This document shows positions 54,925-64,000 of a DNA stretch of 64,000 bases, one piece after another. Origin of the DNA: the human T2T-CHM13v2.0 reference genome, Homo sapiens; the NCBI RefSeq assembly GCF_009914755.1, contig NC_060927.1. The stretch is one strand, 5' to 3'. Within the stretch, counting starts at the first letter, position 1, and each line of letters starts with the position of its first letter. Both the position numbers and the translations under genes were made by a program. The notes beneath the pieces are model-generated. The model was not told where the DNA came from and did no database searches. It was given only the letters and a program-made list of their open reading frames with translations.

Positions 54925-55610
54925 CAGGTAAAAGCAAACCAAGATTACCAGATACCACTTCACATCTACTAGGATGCTAAGACGGCCTTAATCAAAAAGA
55001 CAAATAATGTGGAGATATTGGAACCCTTATGTACTACTGATGGAAGTGTAAATGGTGCAGCTACTTTGGAAAACAGTGTCGGTTTCTCAAAAGGTTAAGC
55101 ATAGTTTCCATATGACCTAGCAATTTCAATCCCAGGTATGTACCCAAAAGAAGAGAAAACATATGTTCACACAAAACTTGTACACAAATGTTTGTAGCAA
55201 CATTATTCATAATAAACAAAGTGTAAACAAATTTTCATCAGCTGATGAATGATAAACAAAATGTGTTATATTCATACAATGGAATATTATTCATCAATAA
55301 AAATGAAATAATGTCATAATATATGCTACAATACAAATGAACATTGAAAACACTACACGTGAAATAAGCCAGTCACAAAGACTGAATGTTGCGTAATTCC
55401 TTTTATATTAAATGTCCAGAATGAGCCAAACTATAGAGAGACAAAGTAGATTAATGGTAGCCTAGGGCTTTGGGGTTGGGGAGAGGTGTTGAGGGGTAAC
55501 TATTGGTAGGTATGTGGTTTCTTTTTGGAGTGATGAAAATGTTCTGAAATTGTGATGATAGTTATACAACTCTGTGAATACACTAAAACATTTAATTGTA
55601 CACAAAAAAT
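54925..55610 (+). mobile_element. L1MB 3' region
   Basis: GATACCACTTCACATCTACTAGGATG...CCATATGACCTAGCAATT...GAGTGATGAAAATGTTCTGAAATTG...ACTCTGTGAATACACTAAAA. Confidence 0.85.
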
Positions 55611-56526
55611 CATAACAAAGTTAGTAATATCAGAAATTCTGACACTACATGAATATATAGTTAATAGACCTGATTACAACTTCACTATAAGCTGCTGCCA
55701 ACACTTGGAATTAGAGAATGCTTAATTCCTTCTCCAGGATTCCATCCTTTCTAAATGCAAATGGCCCTTCTGTGGGTAACATATTGTCACTAAATATTAC
55801 CCCTTCATGTGAGTTAACTATAATTTTTTTGGAGGCTCACATACTGCAAGTAAGTTTTGTTGAGAGGAAGATGAAGCAAAATGAAACATCTTTTGATGCC
55901 CAAGCAACAGCTAAGGTAGTCCATGTACTGTTCCTGCAGAACGTTCTCCCTTAAGTCTCCTCTTAGGGCTGTAGGACCTCACTCATCAGGACAGCATGCA
56001 CCTTGGTCACAGGATTTATAAATATTGAGGCAAAATTCTTCAACTTATTAGAGGACTAAACCTGTTTTAAAATAACCATTCCCTTTTGTATGAACCAAAA
56101 AACTTGGTCCAGCGAACAGCCACCCTTATTTCCTGTTTTATAGCAGGAGATATGACATAATCAAGACCACAAACAGGCTACCTGCAGGACAAATTGGGAC
56201 CCCAAGGAAATGGTTTGCTTTGTCTGCATAGTGGTTTTTGAATATTCTTTTGTCAACATCTCAAGTGGGGCAAGTGCTCTGTAATTCACCAGGATCCCAC
56301 TGCCTCCCTAAGTGACGTGCCCATTCTCAATCTACTTATTTACTTTCTTGGTCTCTATAAACATTTAAGTTTGTGACTGATAGTCTAAAAATTTAAATAA
56401 AAGAAGGTCACCCACTGAAGTTCAGGTTTCTCGTAGGCATTGTAAAACTCCAAAGAAGCTGGAACATGCCAAACTTTCCTTCTTGAGCCCCACCCAGCTA
56501 TAATCTGAGAACCATCGGGTGGCTAA

Positions 56527-56710
56527 ACCATGGTTCTCACACTTGATTGTGCATCAGCATCACCTGGAGGGCTTGTTAACACATAGATTTCTAGGTCCTA
56601 CCTCCATGGTTTCTGATTCATTGGGTCCTGGGTGGGACCTGAGATTTGCATTTCTAATGAATTTCCAGCTGATGCTGATGCTGCTAATTTGGGGAGCACA
56701 TTTTGAGAAT
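56527..56710. mobile_element. MER5A
   Basis: GGTTCTCACACTT...GCATCAGCATCACCTGGAGGGCTTGTTAA...TTTGCATTTCTAA...GATGCTGATGCTGC...CACATTTTGAGAA. Confidence 0.85.
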
Positions 56711-57186
56711 CTAGACAAACCTAAAAGCAAGTATCAGTTTTATTTGTATTTAGCCTGCAGCCCAAAAGTAAATTAAAATAATTAAAATTAAGATAGCTAC
56801 CTTGGGCCAAATGAGTGCTTGCCCATGAGACAGGCAGGTCAGGCTCATTTTGGCCAAAGCGACTAGAATAGTAGGAAGACTTTCTAAATTTACTGGTGGA
56901 TCCGAAGATACAGGTGTTAGGGACAATCAGTTCTTAGGGAGAATGGAGCTAAGTGATACGGAGGCAGCCTGAGCCTGAAGCCTTCCGTCAAGAAAGGGCT
57001 AGGCGGTGTTGCTCCACCTGGGTGTACATTACATACAGTCATTAGGGGAATGTGTTCAAGCACCTCCGGGCTAGGAGAATCCTGGCTGGGTTGAGCTGGG
57101 TGGTTTCGTGCCTCTCCTCACACTGAGCACAACCGCACTCATTGGACTCATTCAAGGGGTAGAGAGTGTGAGAAACCAGAAGTTCT

Positions 57187-59324
<2,138 letters not shown>

Positions 59325-60479
59325 GAAACCAGATGTTCTAATGGTGGAAAATAACATGACTTGGGAGACTTATCAAATCACTCCTCAAGCAATTTATCAT
59401 TCCCTAAGGTCCTGAGAAAATGGATACTGAACATATAGAGAAAGCCCAATCTCTGGTGCTTCACAAAAGCTTTCCTGTGGGGCCAAGACCCACAGTATAG
59501 GGTAAACCATATTCCCATTCCCCACTGAGATCCGGTCATCTGGCCTTGCCAGCTTCCTGCACCTGCCCCTTCTACTGGGTTAAAGAAAGGGACATTCAAA
59601 AAGTGGTCTACCTGTGACATCCTCTTCACTCTATAGAACTATCCACTTCCTTTAATAGTGTTGTTTTTGTGCTTCAGTGTTAACTCATTTCCAACAATAT
59701 GACGTGGCTACAAAACTTCCTCCAGGGGATTAATTATATACTGCAGCTCACCCACCATGGCAATTAAAGGAGAGAGGAGATTTTCTCTAGTCTTGTGAAA
59801 TCAGCTTTCTTGTCTTTTCTTTCACTCCTGTTGAAATATGTGAAATGTACATGCTTTCCCAAACCCCAACCTGGGCTTGCCTAGGTGTGCTGAATGAACC
59901 AGTGCACCTGATCTTTCACTGGCACATGAATTAAGCTTTATGTTATGGACCAAAGTCTATTTTGGCTAAATTTATAAAAATATTTAATCATTTATTTCCA
60001 GCAGGTTATTTATATGCACATCTAGTCTGTTTTCATGACTATCATTCTTGTCCTTTATTCTTGACAAATGACTGATTAGAAAGGTTTCCATTTCTATACC
60101 TTTCATTTATCTTTAGTGTCTCTCATAAATGTTGAAGTAAGCAGGTTTTATGGAACTTATCAAAAATTGTAGTTTTCATCGAAAGTGACTGTGACAGAGT
60201 AGATTTCTATACTTTCAACTTCAATAACTCAGAGTTTCTAGGCTTTAAACTGGAAGTTTCTCATACTACAGAAATTGTGTATGTGTCCTAGGAGTACAGC
60301 TGTTGGTATGTTGTTTCATGTATGCCTGTTAAATTTATTAGAATTTAGCAAACTCAAGGGGAGAGTCAGGAAATAAATAATTTTTATGAATTGGAAGTAA
60401 TAAGAATAATATTTCCTACTATAGAAATAAAGATGCTTTATCTTTCAAAAGATATTTTGCAAAGGGTATTTTTGAAAAT

Positions 60480-61060
60480 AAACACTTACTGGGCACTTAC
60501 TATGTGTCAGTTACTTTACATGTTTCATGTCGTTTAAACCTTAAGATAAGCCTGAGGTAGGTATTATTATGACTTCCAGTTTATAGATAATAAATCAAAG
60601 CAAAGTTAAGGTTAAATAAAATGTCCAATATTAAATAAATGGAAGAAATGTTATTTTAAACTAAGATAGCCTAATTAAAATTATACATATATGCACATAC
60701 ATATGTGCATATGAATGAATATATAAATATATGACATACACATACATGCACACAAATATATTAATATAACATTGTATTATACTGTGGAAAACTAAAAACT
60801 AGAATTACTACCTGTCTACTATTTTACCACTACCACCACCACAACTTACTCTACCACCATTATTTCTACATTTATTACGTACTAAGCATTCCACATAGAC
60901 TATCTCATTTAAATTTCTCCAAACCCTTTGAGTAGGTACTACTATTGTCCTCATTTTACGGGTGAGAAGGCCAAATATAAATAATTGACACACCACATAG
61001 CAGGTAAGTTAGAGCATGCCTGACTCCAGAAGCTAAACTCTTAATTACAGTACCATACCA
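60480..61060 (-). mobile_element. Two MIR fragments separated by low-complexity (TATG/CAC) sequence
   Basis: CACTTACTATGTGTCAG...CTGAGGTAGGTATTATTAT; AGTAGGTACTACTATTGTCCTCATTTTACGGGTGAGAAG...CTGACTCCAGA. Confidence 0.65.
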
Positions 61061-64000
61061 CCATGGGATGTAAAACAGGAGTGAGAATTTTATCCCATGT
61101 GCAATTAGGAGCCAGAGAAGATTTTAAAGCAGGGACCTTAATGTGATCCAAAGATGCTGCATGGGCTTTGGCAAGCACATTATGGAAATCATTAACTATA
61201 TTGTTGAAAATATTCTCTTCCCTGTTTTAATATTTCCTGTGGCTGACAGCTGGCATCCTCATTATGAGATGGTTAATACATTATTGAGCCTAGCAAAGTG
61301 TTGGTCCTCATTGGCTGGGAGCCATTTGAAGTTTTACCGTTATATGTATGGAAGGTAGTTAGCTATTTGTGTATCTGCTTTTCCTAATCAATAGTGAGCG
61401 ATTTGATGACAAGGGCCTTTATTCAGGGCCCACCAACACCAGATGGAGTTGAATGTTCTGGAAATTAGTAAAGGAAAAAGAAACATACAGAATTCATTCT
61501 TAGGTGACAGGAGGCGAGAAGGAACATTTTATGGGCATCTGTTGGTAATCCAGTCATACGTGCAAGTCTTCTGAATAGCAGCATTACCTATTTGCCAGGC
61601 CAGCAGATTTTTCATTTATTTTAGAATCCTGACGAATACGAATCACCTCTCTCCCTTTTCAGCGTCACTATAGAAATAATGCAATAGTCTGAAGGAAAGG
61701 GTGGAGGTTTTTCCTTAGAAAATGTAAGAGGATCTGATTTATGTCAGCCTACCTCTTACAGATGCATCAATGTCACTGCCTCACTAAATAACCAAATTAA
61801 ATGGCTGGAAAAGGGCAATCAAGGTGGCTGTCACATTCCAGGGAGTGGAAGTCAGGGCAACATCTGTTTTGCCTGCTGTTTCAGAACTCACCGGAGCAGT
61901 CTATAAACTGGGAATTAAATTTCCACTTTTTTCTTCCTTGTTGGTGGAGACTGTGTGTGCGAATTGCAATTACTTCGTTGAGGTTGGTCTTCCATAAGTT
62001 CCTACGTGTGAAGAGGACGGTGGTGACTGGCACACAGTAAACCCTCAAAAAATGCTATTCCTGTCATTTGTTGTGAGTTACAGCATATACACATTTATAG
62101 ACTTGCAAAAATAAAATTACAAATCTCAAAAGTAAAGATTATACTAGTATTTCGTATGTTAACTTGATTTTTTTTTACCTCTTTTCTCCTCTTAACTTCT
62201 CACCGTTTTCTATTGCCTCTGTTTTCTTGAACAATGGATAACTGTGAAATACTTTGTTTCCTTACAAGAGGACCAATAAGTTATTCCATCAGTGTTCATT
62301 GAATATCTATTTTGTGTCAAGGTCTGTGGTTGCCACTAGTCATACAACAATTCAGGCAGACCCTTAAGGAGCTCACAGTCAAATAGTGGAGACAATCATA
62401 GTACGAGGCAGTAACAAGAGAATGTTCTAGTGCTAGAAAAGTGCTATTGCTTATTAGGTTTTTGTTAAGCAAAGGGAAAGAACATTCTGAATCCTTGGGA
62501 AAGATATCCCAAAGGAAGTTAAAAAAGATATGCCAGGCTTTAAATGACTGGTGTTTGAGTAGATGGAGATGGGGCGTCCCAGGCAGAGAGAGTTGTGTGA
62601 GCGAGCATGTGTAGTGTGATAATCTGTACTCAGATGGTTAAGGCAGAGCTTTCCTGACTACGTTCTGAAGATTCTTAATATTAGTCAGCACTCTGGGGGA
62701 GAAGAGGTTCTGCAGTGAAGTAACTTCTAGAAATGCTAGGTAAAGGGAAATTGGATAGGCTTCTACACTACAGGGCATTGCTCATATCCTCCCCAAGAGG
62801 AGGGCACATGGGATGCGAGGTTCACTAGCCTTATTTTGCAATACAGTGCTGGAGGTAGACCAGCTGGTTTGACTCTCAGCTCCTTTACTAAATAACTGTG
62901 TGAAATTGGGCAAATTATATAATCTCCCCAAGCCTCAGTTTCTTTATTCTTTTTTTTAAAAAGGAGAATATTAATCTTTACCTTATTGGGTTGTATAAAG
63001 CTACTTAATGCAGTTAAAGTGCCTGCTTAGTGCAGTTCATGGTACACTAAAGTTTTCGATACGTATTTGCTATTCTTTTACATTTCATGAAAACATTATG
63101 TTGAAAATCACATCATGCTAAAATAAAGTATATTTATGTATTTGGATGAGATGAAGCATTCTTGTCAAAGTAGATCAGCGGGATTTGATATTCTATGTCA
63201 AATTTTGCCCCATAAATCATCTTTTCTTCTTTGAAGAGAAATAAGAAATACTAGATACAAGTCAGATATGCTAGACCAATTTAAATTTCTGTGTATAAAG
63301 CATCAACCCTAAAAATTGACTTTTTAAAAGAGAATATGAAAAATATATATACATTAGAAAAACAAAGAAAGTTGGCTTCTTTATAATCTTGACACAGTAA
63401 ATAATGAAAGTTGAGAAAATGTTTCTGTTGGGTTCAGTTTTGGGTAGAGTTCTGTAGTATTACCTCTTTGGGTGAACAATGTAGTGTTCAAAGAATTATG
63501 ACAATAATTTTCTCTGCAATGAGACCCTTTACATCCTAGCATGCAGGTTGCTCTGTAAGTCATTAATCCTTGCAATACCTCAGTGTTATGTAGTGATGTT
63601 AATTTACTGCCCTGTGTGTATAGATCAGGGTGGGAAAGGAGAGTGTCTGAATCTGGAAGAGAATCGTAAGCCATCTCGTGCTAGGTCCAGACCCAAAGCA
63701 CACAATCACTTTTCTAAAGACAGATTATAACAAGGCCTCTGTTCTTTGGGTACACTCTTAATTTTTCTCCTTTCTGTAGTTCTTTATGCTATTTCTCACT
63801 TTCAATAAAACCAATTTATAAAATGGAATCTGTAAAAGTCAAGACTGATTCTCATTAATAATTGGCAGGAGGCGCCTCTCTGAAAATTGCCAATTTAACA
63901 CCATAGGAAGCAACAGGAAAGGGGAAAAAAAATCTTTCTACCAGAGCTATGGGGCATGAAATGAACACCAGTTGACAGATTCCTGCTTAGTTAAAAAATG

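Noticed and set aside
63381-63674. 97 aa minus-strand ORF
   Set aside because: No recognisable domain, splice context or coding bias; length is within chance expectation.

Overview
Primate (human-like) genomic DNA, AT-rich and repeat-dense, consistent with an intergenic or deep-intronic region. I see no credible protein-coding exon, tRNA, rRNA or CRISPR array. The ORF track is explained by Alu/L1 sequence, microsatellites or chance, and the host locus cannot be named from sequence alone. The interesting content is retrotransposition history. (1) An L1PA2-like insertion at 57170-59339 has both a twin-priming inversion and a ~265 bp 3' transduction with its own ATTAAA signal and second poly(A) tail, inside one 17 bp TSD. 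(2) An L1-3'-end/AluY-right-arm chimera sits inside one TSD at 44553-44805. (3) A decayed class I ERV internal region (gag CA/MHR/CCHC, protease, start of RT fused to integrase) lies on the minus strand at ~33330-35260 and is missed by the ORF track. (4) There is a second twin-primed L1, a 51 bp-arm hairpin, a MADE1 (miR-548-type) hairpin, a 95 bp tandem duplication, a THE1C LTR with DUX4 motif, TATA and a consensus donor, and several candidate enhancers and non-coding exons. Repeat subfamily names come from remembered consensus sequences and need RepeatMasker/Dfam confirmation. I cannot support a new biological system here; the top findings are locus-specific examples of known mechanisms.
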